A model generated the notes under the pieces. The model had not been told where the DNA came from, made no database searches, and saw nothing but the letters and a program-made list of their open reading frames with translations. The translations under genes and the position numbers were made by a program. Positions 55,539 to 64,000 of a DNA stretch of 64,000 bases are shown here, one piece after another. Source of the DNA: Bacteroidales bacterium (GTDB lineage Bacteria; Bacteroidota; Bacteroidia; Bacteroidales; UBA1715). Each line of letters begins with the position of its first letter. Within the stretch, counting starts at the first letter, position 1. The stretch lies in contig JAKSUA010000005.1 in the NCBI GenBank assembly GCA_024409235.1, positions 18,284 through 82,283 of the forward strand, in the 5' to 3' direction.

Positions 55539-56570
55539 CTAACGTACTATACTGGAAGCTGTTTCCAAAACTAACTTGTTAAACTGTTGTTCTTCTCCAA
55601 ACAATATTTCGGGCATAATAGGAACAACATACCAATCAACTTCAGGAAGAATCTCCTGCAGTTTGTACACGTCTTTTTCTGTTGTTACCATTGTGTATTT
55701 TCCTGCCATCGTCTTTAAGAATTCTATATCCTTATCGGAATACGAATAATGATCGGGGTAGGATTTCTGCTGTACGTTTCCGCAGAAACGTAGCACATAG
55801 TTAATCAAATGACTTGGCTGAGAAATACCTGTAACCACAAACACCTTATTGTTTCTTAAGAAATCCGCATTATCAAAACATTCTTTCGTTGAAAAGCGAT
55901 AAATGTTTCCATATTCCATCGAAGAGAAATAAAGTTTCTGATTTTTCAAGCGCAGTTTTTTTCTCCACAGATCTTTTTCTGCATCTGAAAGTTCCTTCGG
56001 ACATTTTGTAACAACTACTGCATCAGCACGGTTTACTGCATATTTCCCCTCACGTAAAAAACCAACGGGGAAAACGCAATCTTTCCATAAAGGCCGGTTA
56101 TAATCCACCAACAGAATCTGTAATGCTGGTTTCACATATCTATGCTGAAAAGCATCATCCAACACAATAACCTGTAAATCAGCAAATTTACCTATTAACC
56201 GATTAATTCCCTCAACTCTTTTTTCGCACACAGCCACATGAACATTCGGAAATCTTTTCTGCAACAAATAAGGTTCATCACCCAAATCGTTCACCATTGT
56301 TGTTTCTTCCGAAAGCACAAAACCTTTTGATTTCCGCTTGTAACCACGGCTTAAGGCGGCAATATTTTTTTCTCCTAAAAGATTTATAATATACTGAACA
56401 TGAGGAGTTTTACCAGTTCCACCAACGGTAATATTACCTATTGAAATTACTGGAACAGAAAACTTCGTCTGACTAAGAATCCCGCAGTCAAACAAAACAT
56501 TTCGGCAATACGTATATAACCAATAAAGTATTGAAAACGGGAACAGTATATATTTTAAATACTTTATCAT
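55539..56570 (-). CDS. lpxK: Tetraacyldisaccharide 4'-kinase
   Basis: VISIGNITVGGTGKTP P-loop, SRGYKRK, LDDAFQHR. 343 aa. Confidence 0.9.
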   Translation of the reverse strand: MIKYLKYILFPFSILYWLYTYCRNVLFDCGILSQTKFSVPVISIGNITVGGTGKTPHVQYIINLLGEKNIAALSRGYKRKSKGFVLSEETTMVNDLGDEPYLLQKRFPNVHVAVCEKRVEGINRLIGKFADLQVIVLDDAFQHRYVKPALQILLVDYNRPLWKDCVFPVGFLREGKYAVNRADAVVVTKCPKELSDAEKDLWRKKLRLKNQKLYFSSMEYGNIYRFSTKECFDNADFLRNNKVFVVTGISQPSHLINYVLRFCGNVQQKSYPDHYSYSDKDIEFLKTMAGKYTMVTTEKDVYKLQEILPEVDWYVVPIMPEILFGEEQQFNKLVLETASSIVR

Positions 56571-58327
56571 TTAATAGTCAAGCTGTAAGGAATTTGAGCG
56601 TATATACCTGATTTTTCAGGAATATTCTGTAATATTTCCAGCAAACCGGCATCCTTTGTATATTTCTCCAACACCGAGGTCTGCGAGTCAAGATTTTCCA
56701 TCATCACATCGAAAAAAGTTTGTGATTTTGGGAATACTTCTACTCCATAATCAACACCAGTTAATTCAGCAGCTTCCACCGCGCAACGGAATGCAGTTTT
56801 TAAGCTTGCAATACTTAATTTATCAACCAAACCATTCTCTTTGCCATTCATACCGCTCCAAATTCTACCTTGGGCAATTTCTTCAACCTGATTCACATTC
56901 ATATTTCTACCAACAGAAACCCTGTTTTTGAAAGTTGCATACGTATTATCTATTGTTTTTTCTATTGCCCGTATTTCCACCGGATTCAAATCTCTCGTCA
57001 TATTGCCAAAATCCGAATTTGCATGAGTATTTACATTATCTATACTCACGCCAATTTTATCCATCAGTCCTTCTGCCGTAAGCGACATTCCAAATACTCC
57101 AATTGATCCTGTCAATGTCATTGGCGAAGCTACAATTTGTGTTGCAGGAGCAGCAATATAATATCCGCCCGAAGCAGCATAATCGCCCATAGAAACAATA
57201 ACCGGTTTTTCTTTTGCTGTTAATTCCACTTCGCGCCAGATTAGTTCTGAAGCCAAAGCCGAACCACCTCCAGAATTTATACGGAAAACAACTGATTTCA
57301 CAGTAGAATCCTTGCGTATCTTTCTGAATAAATTCACATACGTATCGCCGCCAATAGATTCGCCATCCGATTTTCCCATATCAATAGAACCCTGAGCAAT
57401 AACTACCGCAACATTTTCTTTCTTTTTTTCCGTCAATTCCTTCTGATAGTCCTCAATATATGAACGCAAAGAAACCGTTGCAATTGATTTTTTCTCGTCA
57501 ACGTCCATACGTTTTTTTACAGAATTCCAAAATTCATCGGCATATTGTATGGTATCAATAAATCTTTTTGCAAACAATTCTGTAGGAAGACATACAAGCC
57601 CGCTGTCCGCAAAAGAATTCAAATCTTTTACATCTACCTCTGGTCTATTTATTTTCACCAAAATCTCATACGTTTTCCAAAGTGTATCTATATATGCCTG
57701 TTTCTGTTCGCGGTTTTCTTCACTCATTTTATCATTCGTTACAGATTCCACATAACTTTTATATTTTCCACAACGAATTACAACCGGTTTCATCCCTATT
57801 TTTTCCAGCAAATGTTTGTAGTGCACGGATGAAGAAGACACCCCATGAAACTCGGCCATTCCTTCGGCATTCATAGAAATTTCATCACATGCAGACGCAA
57901 GCAGATACGATTTCTGAGACAAAGTGTTGAAATAGGCAACGACAAATTTTCCAGATTTTCTCACTTCCTGCAAGGCTTGAGTAATTTCTCCGACAGTTTC
58001 ATAACCGGCATCAACGAAAACATCTTCTAAAACAACACCATTAATCCGACTGTCTGTTTTCACATTTTCAAGAACTCTAAGAATGTCGTACAATCCAAGT
58101 TCCGAATTATTTTGTTCCAACTTCGACAACACACCAGGAGCGGAAGGAGTTGTTATTTCGCCAACAGAAATTGTGTTCTTTAGCAACAGCACATTTTTTT
58201 CCTCGTATTTAGCAGAATCATCCTCCACTAACGCTGCAGAAAATCCCACTATAAATAAAACGAGTAAAAACAAACCCACTATAGTGCCAAAAATCGAAGC
58301 AAAAAATATCTTGAAAAACTGTTTCAT
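56567..58327 (-). CDS. sppA: Signal peptide peptidase SppA, 67K type
   Basis: Two S49 domains: INSGGGSALASE and GDYAASGGYYIA. N-terminal TM MKQFFKIFFASIFGTIVGLFLL. The ATG at 58327 removes the overlap with folK. Has an ATGA overlap with lpxK. Confidence 0.9.
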   Translation of the reverse strand: MKQFFKIFFASIFGTIVGLFLLVLFIVGFSAALVEDDSAKYEEKNVLLLKNTISVGEITTPSAPGVLSKLEQNNSELGLYDILRVLENVKTDSRINGVVLEDVFVDAGYETVGEITQALQEVRKSGKFVVAYFNTLSQKSYLLASACDEISMNAEGMAEFHGVSSSSVHYKHLLEKIGMKPVVIRCGKYKSYVESVTNDKMSEENREQKQAYIDTLWKTYEILVKINRPEVDVKDLNSFADSGLVCLPTELFAKRFIDTIQYADEFWNSVKKRMDVDEKKSIATVSLRSYIEDYQKELTEKKKENVAVVIAQGSIDMGKSDGESIGGDTYVNLFRKIRKDSTVKSVVFRINSGGGSALASELIWREVELTAKEKPVIVSMGDYAASGGYYIAAPATQIVASPMTLTGSIGVFGMSLTAEGLMDKIGVSIDNVNTHANSDFGNMTRDLNPVEIRAIEKTIDNTYATFKNRVSVGRNMNVNQVEEIAQGRIWSGMNGKENGLVDKLSIASLKTAFRCAVEAAELTGVDYGVEVFPKSQTFFDVMMENLDSQTSVLEKYTKDAGLLEILQNIPEKSGIYAQIPYSLTIK

Positions 58328-58358
58328 CTTGTTTGTAATGTTAAGATTTTTACCTTTA

Positions 58359-58366
58359 CAAAAATA
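58359..58366 (-). promoter_or_regulatory. Bacteroidota -7 promoter box TATTTTTG (minus strand)
   Basis: Reverse complement of caaaaata, 31 nt upstream of the sppA ATG at 58327. Confidence 0.4.
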
Positions 58367-58379
58367 ATTTTTTAGATTA

Positions 58380-58877
58380 ATGTCACAAAAAAACTTCGTT
58401 GTCATTTTGCTTGGTGCAAACCTTGGCGACAAAAAGAAAATGTTCGAGACAGTCGAAAAATATCTCTCCGAAAATATCGGAGACTGCATCAAAAAATCTG
58501 CGATTTATTCTAGTAAACCATGGGGATTTGAATCCGAAAACTACTTCTACAACCAGGCACTTATAATAGAAACAGATTTTTCCGCATACGATACTCTAAA
58601 ACGATGCCAGGCAATAGAAACGAAGTGTGGAAGAATCCGACACAACACCACAGGATACGAGTCACGCACAATAGATATCGACTTACTTTATTTCAATAAT
58701 GATATAATTGATATTGAAGAACTTACGATTCCTCATCCACTTTTACAAAATAGAAAATTCGCCCTAGCTCCATTATGCGAAATTCTTCCCGATTTTATTC
58801 ATCCTATTTTAATGAAAAATCACAAACAGCTATTAGAAGAATGTAACGACGAAGGCGATGTTTCAGTCGTTTGCTGA
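58380..58877 (+). CDS. folK: 2-amino-4-hydroxy-6-hydroxymethyldihydropteridine diphosphokinase
   Basis: VVILLGANLGD, WGFESENYFYNQAL, RTIDIDLLYF, IPHPLLQNRKFALAPL. Confidence 0.9.
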   Translation: MSQKNFVVILLGANLGDKKKMFETVEKYLSENIGDCIKKSAIYSSKPWGFESENYFYNQALIIETDFSAYDTLKRCQAIETKCGRIRHNTTGYESRTIDIDLLYFNNDIIDIEELTIPHPLLQNRKFALAPLCEILPDFIHPILMKNHKQLLEECNDEGDVSVVC

Positions 58878-59132
58878 AACCAGCACTATTCGGGTTGTTT
58901 TATCAGTTTTTTGGAATTTTTCAAAATCAAAATTCTCCAACAATACAATGTCTGATTTTTTTGATCTTTCATAGCAGATTACCCCATTAAAAAACTCGAC
59001 ACCAGCCTGCTCAACATAGCTTTGTTCATTTTTTTCCAAAGCAACTACATTACCGTTATCATCAATTGTCAGCAGAGCCAACCTATGATATTGTTTTCCG
59101 TCAAAAATGTACTGAGCAGAAAGTTTTCGCAT
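58863..59132 (-). CDS. Small hypothetical protein resembling only the N-terminal beta-sandwich of amidohydrolases
   Basis: LSAQYIFDGKQYH...LTIDDNGNVVALE mimics the start of metal-dependent amidohydrolases, but the ORF stops at 89 aa with no HxH barrel. Its 3' end overlaps the folK 3' end by 15 nt. Confidence 0.4.
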   Translation of the reverse strand: MRKLSAQYIFDGKQYHRLALLTIDDNGNVVALEKNEQSYVEQAGVEFFNGVICYERSKKSDIVLLENFDFEKFQKTDKTTRIVLVSAND

Positions 59133-59136
59133 ACAA

Positions 59137-59499
59137 TTAGCGATTTTCGTTTTCGAGCAAGGCTTTTCTGGTATTTAATGAATCCACAACCTCGTCGTAA
59201 ATATTCTTGATTTTTCCCTCAAGAGTATAGTATTCTAAACTTTTCTTAAAAATACTGTCGTTGCATTCATGCTGAATAAATACAATGGAATCATAGCATT
59301 CCTGTAAAAGTTTCGCATCAGTTTTCTGCAATGAATTATATGTCGAAACAGTTGCATCGAGTATATGGATATCATATAGAACAGCAACCATTTCCTCTTC
59401 CGTCAACAAGCCGTTACTTGCAATTTTTCTTTTTTTATTTCCACAGGAAATAATGAGAAGAACACAAAGAATAGACAATATTACTTTCCAAGATTTCAT
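59137..59499 (-). CDS. Small lipoprotein (DUF4296-like)
   Basis: Lipobox LLIISCGNKK; EEMVAVLYDIHILDA is reminiscent of DUF4296. Has an ATGA overlap with the PorP/SprF gene. Confidence 0.6.
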   Translation of the reverse strand: MKSWKVILSILCVLLIISCGNKKRKIASNGLLTEEEMVAVLYDIHILDATVSTYNSLQKTDAKLLQECYDSIVFIQHECNDSIFKKSLEYYTLEGKIKNIYDEVVDSLNTRKALLENENR

Positions 59500-60401
59500 T
59501 CGTTTTCTCTTGGTTTGAATTCAAATGACAAGAAAATCTCGTGAGCTCCACGGGAACCACTCTTTAACTTCGAATATGTGATATCGTAAGAATAACCAAA
59601 CGAGAACGCTTCTCTATATGTATATCCTAAGAACAACACAACAGCATCTTCTGTTCTAAATGACAAGCCTCCCCACAAAGTTTCCCGGTAAGTCAATCGA
59701 GAAGACAACTCAACTTGCCAAGGTGCGGCATATACTTTTCTTACTACAATCGACGATTCTGATTTCAAACCATTTGTTATTTTATAACGGCAGCCTGCCA
59801 TCGTGTTTAAATGGCTTTTAAAACGATTTAAAGTATTGTCAACCAACAAAGTATCATCGTATATTTCTATTCTGTTATTAAAAAGCTGGTCAACAGAGAA
59901 ACCAACAAAATAATGCCGCATATCGTAATACATACCGAAGGTAGCATCAGGTCTTATAGATTTATACATTGATTCGTTCAGATTCTGTTCCTCCTCAGCA
60001 AACTGAATCTTCGACATATCTATGGCATAACGTATTACACCAACATTTAATCCGAAAGACAATCTTGAAGCACGTCCCACTTTCATATTATACGCATACG
60101 CGCCGTAAAAACCCAATTTTCCAAAAGCTCCCTGACTATCATTATAAATCATACCGCCCCAACCCATCGGCATAGTGCTTACCTTACCGTTCAATGTTAT
60201 TGTTGCAGTAATCGGAGCATTCTCTATTCCGACAAACTGATATCGGTTATTCACCTGTGCTTTGCTATAATTAGACAAACCAGCAACAGCAGGGTTATAA
60301 GCGAATTCATTGAACATGTACATAGAATATAAAGGCGACTGCTGTGCAAAAACATTTGCACTGAACAATAACAAAACTATGTACAACAATATCCGCTTCA
60401 T
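59496..60401 (-). CDS. Type IX secretion system membrane protein, PorP/SprF family
   Basis: Signal peptide then QQSPLYSMYMFNEFAYNPAVAG (family-defining N-terminus), a beta-barrel-like body, and about 300 aa. Abuts the adhesin stop with 0-nt spacing. Confidence 0.88.
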   Translation of the reverse strand: MKRILLYIVLLLFSANVFAQQSPLYSMYMFNEFAYNPAVAGLSNYSKAQVNNRYQFVGIENAPITATITLNGKVSTMPMGWGGMIYNDSQGAFGKLGFYGAYAYNMKVGRASRLSFGLNVGVIRYAIDMSKIQFAEEEQNLNESMYKSIRPDATFGMYYDMRHYFVGFSVDQLFNNRIEIYDDTLLVDNTLNRFKSHLNTMAGCRYKITNGLKSESSIVVRKVYAAPWQVELSSRLTYRETLWGGLSFRTEDAVVLFLGYTYREAFSFGYSYDITYSKLKSGSRGAHEIFLSFEFKPRENE

Positions 60402-63400
60402 TTATCTTAGAATTGAAACTGAACCAGTTTTTGTAGGTGTATTTTCCTTATCGTTATATTCTATCACGTAATAATATGTTCCCATTGGCAATGGATTTCC
60501 ATTACTTGCCGTTCCATCCCAAGGGTGGGAATAATATTCATATTTATTTTCGTAAACCTTTGTTCCCCAACGATTAAACACAGTCACTTTTGCTTTTGGA
60601 CAGTTGATTAAGTACGAGATTACCCAAGTATCATTTATTCCATCACCGTTAGGAGTAAAGCCTGAAGGTATAAAATCGGAAGAATACACATCAACAAAAA
60701 CAATTGCACGCTCTCTACAACCATACGTTGTGTTTGCAAAAGCATAAATATACTCAGCTTCAGGAACCGTGATTAACAAACCATACTCGCCAGAAGCATT
60801 ATACGTTTTTGCATTCGTGACAGTATCTGAAAAACTTCCTCTATCCAATAAATCAGGTTTATACGATCTCCAAATTATCGATTCTATCCCCGACTCACCT
60901 ATTCCATTTGCATACCAAGGTTCTTCCGTTGGTTTTATCAAATAACGGAGATCTTTAATCACACGAACTGAATCAAATCCAAGAGATACACCTAATGTAT
61001 CCAGAACTTCAATTGCAAAACCAACTGAATCGTAATGAGAAATACTGAATTCTGCTGGTCGTGAGGAACAACCATCTATTTGATAGGTCATTCTTACCAT
61101 TGAACTATCACTATAATACTTCGTTTCTGGTTTTACGCATGTTATCAACGAATTTGACAAATAAATCTTTGTACCACAGTTATTCTCAACACTTTCCCAT
61201 TTAAAAGAAACTTCTTCCATCGAAGGCATATAACCATTATAGAATCTTGCCTTTACTGTTGCAGTAAGTTCCAAAGAATCACCAAAACATATTTTCTTTC
61301 TTTCATAAGAAGAATCTTCCGATGCCATGATTTGTGCAGTTAATGAAATATTTGCAGTAACCTCACCTGCATCAAAAGTTTTTGAGCAGCCATTCGGAGC
61401 TGTAACAGTCACTTCATACTCTCCGGCAATTAAATTTGATGCTTTTACACCCGTCTGTGCTTTTCTGTCATTCCACAAGAATGTGTAATCATCTAACGAT
61501 GCTGTCGTCATAACTTCATAATCACCCGATGACACAAGCAATTTTGTTACCTCTATACTTCCGTCTGATGCACCATTGTCCAATTCTTCGTCAGTATAAT
61601 AATTACAACGGGCATGAGTACTTCTATGTTCAATAGACATCGGCATTAACGGATTAGTTTCCACTGATTGAGTTACAAAGCAATCCTCTGGATTTTTTGC
61701 GTTTGTTACTGTACATAAATACTCGCCAGCTGTTAATCCACCTAACACACGATTTTCACCTGATGAAAATTCTATCCACTCACCTTCATTATTCCAACGG
61801 AATCTATAGTCGCTTTCATCTACTCCACCAGAAATATCAACCAATGTGATAGAACCTGTTGCCTCATTATCGCCACAACCTGTTGGCTGAAAATCGAAAA
61901 TTGGACTGATTTCACTTGGTTCCTTCAAGAAATATTCTTCGCTTCCAGAACAACCATAACTATCCTCTACAACAACCTTGTAGGCTCCCTTTTTTAAATC
62001 ATTAATTTCTGGATATTCCGACTTTTGCAACAAATTATCTTCACCATCATACCACTCGTACACGTAACTTCCACTTCCTCCGGCAGATACGTCAACTAAC
62101 AGATTACCTTCGCCGCCATAACATAAAATTCCCGGAGTCTCATAGAAATCCAATGCCATTGGTTCTGCGTCCTGTACATTATCAAATTTGTACGTTATCT
62201 TACAACCTTTTGAATCCTGAACTGTTACCTGATAATTTCCCGAAGGTAAACCAGAGGCAACATTTCCCGTTTCAAGTTCACTATGAGACCAAATATATGT
62301 ATATGGTTCAAATCGATTTTCGTCTTCAGCCAACACAACTACTGTTAATTCTGCTGTTGCATCGCCCACACAGTGAACAGGCTCTGTCAAAATTCCCTGT
62401 AAAGTGTAATGAGGTGAATCATACAATGTTTTTGTTACTTCTGCAACACAACCATTTGCATCCGTTACACGAACAGAATACAATTCTTCCGCATATAAGC
62501 GGTCAAATGTACAGGAACGGGCTGGTAAGTTGCTTCTTAACGGACGAGCCAACTCACCCAATGCATTGCGTATTTCATATGTAAACGGACTCACACCGTA
62601 AGCGACCTCAACAAATAATTTTCCTGTATTAAAACCACAATATGGTAATACCGTAACCGCAGGTGTAATAATCATCTCATCTGGTTCACCAACCACAACG
62701 TCTTCCGACTGTATCTTACAATTCTTGTGATTTTCATCGTATGCCAATACATAATACTTTCCAGCTCGGACATTTACATTATTTCCAGTTACAACAAGTA
62801 CATTTTCATCAGAACTATACCATTCGTATGTTACTGTTCCCGTAGTATTTGTAATTACTGCCGACAGCATACCATCTTCTGAACCATAGCATTTCGCATC
62901 CGCTGCTGTTGTAGTGATTTTCAGTTCCTTATTTTCAATCTGTTCATCTGTAATAAATTCGCAACCAGTCTTATCTACTGCTGAAATCATATACTGACCA
63001 GACTTTAATCCGTTTGCCCGTGCATCTGAAGAGACTTTCTGTCCTGTTTCCATATTTATCCACGCATACGAGTGATAACCTGCAGTCGCTTCATTGCTTA
63101 TATGTAATGTATAATCATCGCCTACACAAGTTGACTGCTCAAAAGAAACAGTTCCAACCGCCGTCATATCACTGTTTTTCAAAACAAAAGTTTCGTCGTA
63201 GTAGCAAGTACCGTCCGTTAAATGCAACTTATAAGTACCAACCGACAATCCTAAAATAGTATTTTCGTTTATAGAATTTTCTGTTTGAGAAAAAGTTTCA
63301 CCGTTTCGAGTCCAATAATACGAATAACCTGTAGCTGGAGAACTACTGATTGTTCCTTCCGCTATTACCCTGATTTTTCCAGAAGGTGCCTCACCACATT

Positions 63401-64000
63401 TTGGATAAATTAAATCTGGTACAGAACTAACTTTTAGAACCTCTTCCCTACCTGTAATTTCTAAATAATATTTATCTGACAAACAGCCATTCACATCTAT
63501 TGCCGACACAAAATAATCTCCAAGACAGAAATTATTTCTTTTGTTCTCAGAAACATAATCTTCGTCATCCCATTTATAGCGGTATGGAGCTGTTCCACCT
63601 GCAGTAATTACTGTTGCCGATCCGTCGCAATTGCCCGGACATTGTACTTCTGTTGTTGTAACAGACAATGTTACTTTATCGGGTTCTGTTATCTCATATT
63701 CTTCCTTCACTGAACATCCGCTATTATCACTTATTGTAAGTGTATATGTTCCTTTTGCAAGATCTGTAATTGTATATGATGTTGAAGACGTGTTCCACGA
63801 AAGCGAATATGGTTCCACACCACCTTTTATTTCTGTAATTGAAATAGAACCATTTTTCTCACCATAGCACACAACATTATTTAAATGTACATTTTCAACA
63901 TGCAACAAGTCAGATTCTTTCATCTCAACTTCTCCAGTAGCCGTACAACCATCCTCGTCAGTTACTGTTACAGTATGAATACCTTTTGGCAAATTTGTTA
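60402..64000 (-). CDS. Giant SprB-repeat cell-surface adhesin with T9SS type-B sorting domain (5' partial)
   Basis: Repeated Cys-anchored modules (CYGEKNGSISITEIKGGVEPYSLSW; CPGNCDGSATVITAGGTAPYRYKW; CYGGEGNLLVDVSAGGSGSYVYEW). C-terminus IPSGFTPNGDGINDTWVI...VFNRWGTKVYE...WDGT...GNPLPMGTYYYVIEY. The frame stays open to nt 64000; the ORF-track Met at 63992 is TTG. Confidence 0.9.
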   Translation of the reverse strand, partial: TNLPKGIHTVTVTDEDGCTATGEVEMKESDLLHVENVHLNNVVCYGEKNGSISITEIKGGVEPYSLSWNTSSTSYTITDLAKGTYTLTISDNSGCSVKEEYEITEPDKVTLSVTTTEVQCPGNCDGSATVITAGGTAPYRYKWDDEDYVSENKRNNFCLGDYFVSAIDVNGCLSDKYYLEITGREEVLKVSSVPDLIYPKCGEAPSGKIRVIAEGTISSSPATGYSYYWTRNGETFSQTENSINENTILGLSVGTYKLHLTDGTCYYDETFVLKNSDMTAVGTVSFEQSTCVGDDYTLHISNEATAGYHSYAWINMETGQKVSSDARANGLKSGQYMISAVDKTGCEFITDEQIENKELKITTTAADAKCYGSEDGMLSAVITNTTGTVTYEWYSSDENVLVVTGNNVNVRAGKYYVLAYDENHKNCKIQSEDVVVGEPDEMIITPAVTVLPYCGFNTGKLFVEVAYGVSPFTYEIRNALGELARPLRSNLPARSCTFDRLYAEELYSVRVTDANGCVAEVTKTLYDSPHYTLQGILTEPVHCVGDATAELTVVVLAEDENRFEPYTYIWSHSELETGNVASGLPSGNYQVTVQDSKGCKITYKFDNVQDAEPMALDFYETPGILCYGGEGNLLVDVSAGGSGSYVYEWYDGEDNLLQKSEYPEINDLKKGAYKVVVEDSYGCSGSEEYFLKEPSEISPIFDFQPTGCGDNEATGSITLVDISGGVDESDYRFRWNNEGEWIEFSSGENRVLGGLTAGEYLCTVTNAKNPEDCFVTQSVETNPLMPMSIEHRSTHARCNYYTDEELDNGASDGSIEVTKLLVSSGDYEVMTTASLDDYTFLWNDRKAQTGVKASNLIAGEYEVTVTAPNGCSKTFDAGEVTANISLTAQIMASEDSSYERKKICFGDSLELTATVKARFYNGYMPSMEEVSFKWESVENNCGTKIYLSNSLITCVKPETKYYSDSSMVRMTYQIDGCSSRPAEFSISHYDSVGFAIEVLDTLGVSLGFDSVRVIKDLRYLIKPTEEPWYANGIGESGIESIIWRSYKPDLLDRGSFSDTVTNAKTYNASGEYGLLITVPEAEYIYAFANTTYGCRERAIVFVDVYSSDFIPSGFTPNGDGINDTWVISYLINCPKAKVTVFNRWGTKVYENKYEYYSHPWDGTASNGNPLPMGTYYYVIEYNDKENTPTKTGSVSILR
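61415..64000 (-). repeat. Tandem protein-level SprB-type repeat modules (about 80-90 aa each) inside the adhesin CDS
   Basis: Recurrent C-x-G-x(3-4)-G-x-(I/A)-x-V...GG-x(2)-PY-x-Y-x-W spacing seen at least 6 times in the translation. Boundaries are approximate. Confidence 0.6.

Noticed and set aside
1-64000. Scan for CRISPR arrays, tRNA/rRNA genes, IS elements, integrases, DGR/retron reverse transcriptases, toxin-antitoxin pairs and sigma-54 (TGGCAC-n5-TTGC) promoters.
   Set aside because: No spaced direct repeats or T-loop (GGTTCGAATCC-like) signatures were noticed. No transposase, integrase or RT motifs appear in any of the supplied translations. No convincing -24/-12 element appears in the few intergenic gaps. 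This was a by-eye scan, so short or degenerate elements may have been missed.

Overview
Low-GC chromosomal segment (GC judged by eye, not computed) with the hallmarks of Bacteroidota. These are T9SS type-B sorting domains next to a PorP/SprF gene, a SusC/RagA-type receptor, a GlsA/GlsB-like glycine-lipid gene pair, and TAnnTTTG -7 promoter boxes a few nt upstream of many start codons. I call about 55 tightly packed CDS, many joined by ATGA/TAATG stop-start overlaps. Most are core functions. Transcription and RNA: rpoN, truA, an RluA-family synthase, rsgA. Lipid A: lpxD, then 36 kb away lpxC-lpxA, and lpxK. Folate and thymidylate: thyA, folA, folK. Others: clpP, sppA, xth, apbE, a paaK-like ligase. 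The rest is envelope and surface machinery: a TonB-dependent-like barrel, a BatA-type membrane protein, an O-antigen-ligase-like protein, tagD/tagF-like CDP-glycerol genes, a Stealth plus GT2 pair, and a giant SprB-repeat adhesin that runs off the right edge. I saw no rRNA, tRNA, CRISPR array, integrase, transposase or prophage signal, so this reads as core genome, not an island. No single locus is clearly a new system. The best candidates are (1) a class III cyclase fused to a PDE-like HD domain and translationally coupled to an unknown helical protein; (2) a same-strand lipid cluster joining glycine-lipid acyltransferases to CDP-glycerol synthesis/transfer and lpxD; (3) a PD40-propeller/Omp85-like barrel protein followed by a TPR-PP2C sensor phosphatase; (4) a SusD-less SusC coupled to a phosphopantetheinyl transferase; (5) a G+C-rich structured 320-nt spacer between convergent genes. 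All product calls rest on motifs read by eye from the supplied translations. No database search was run.
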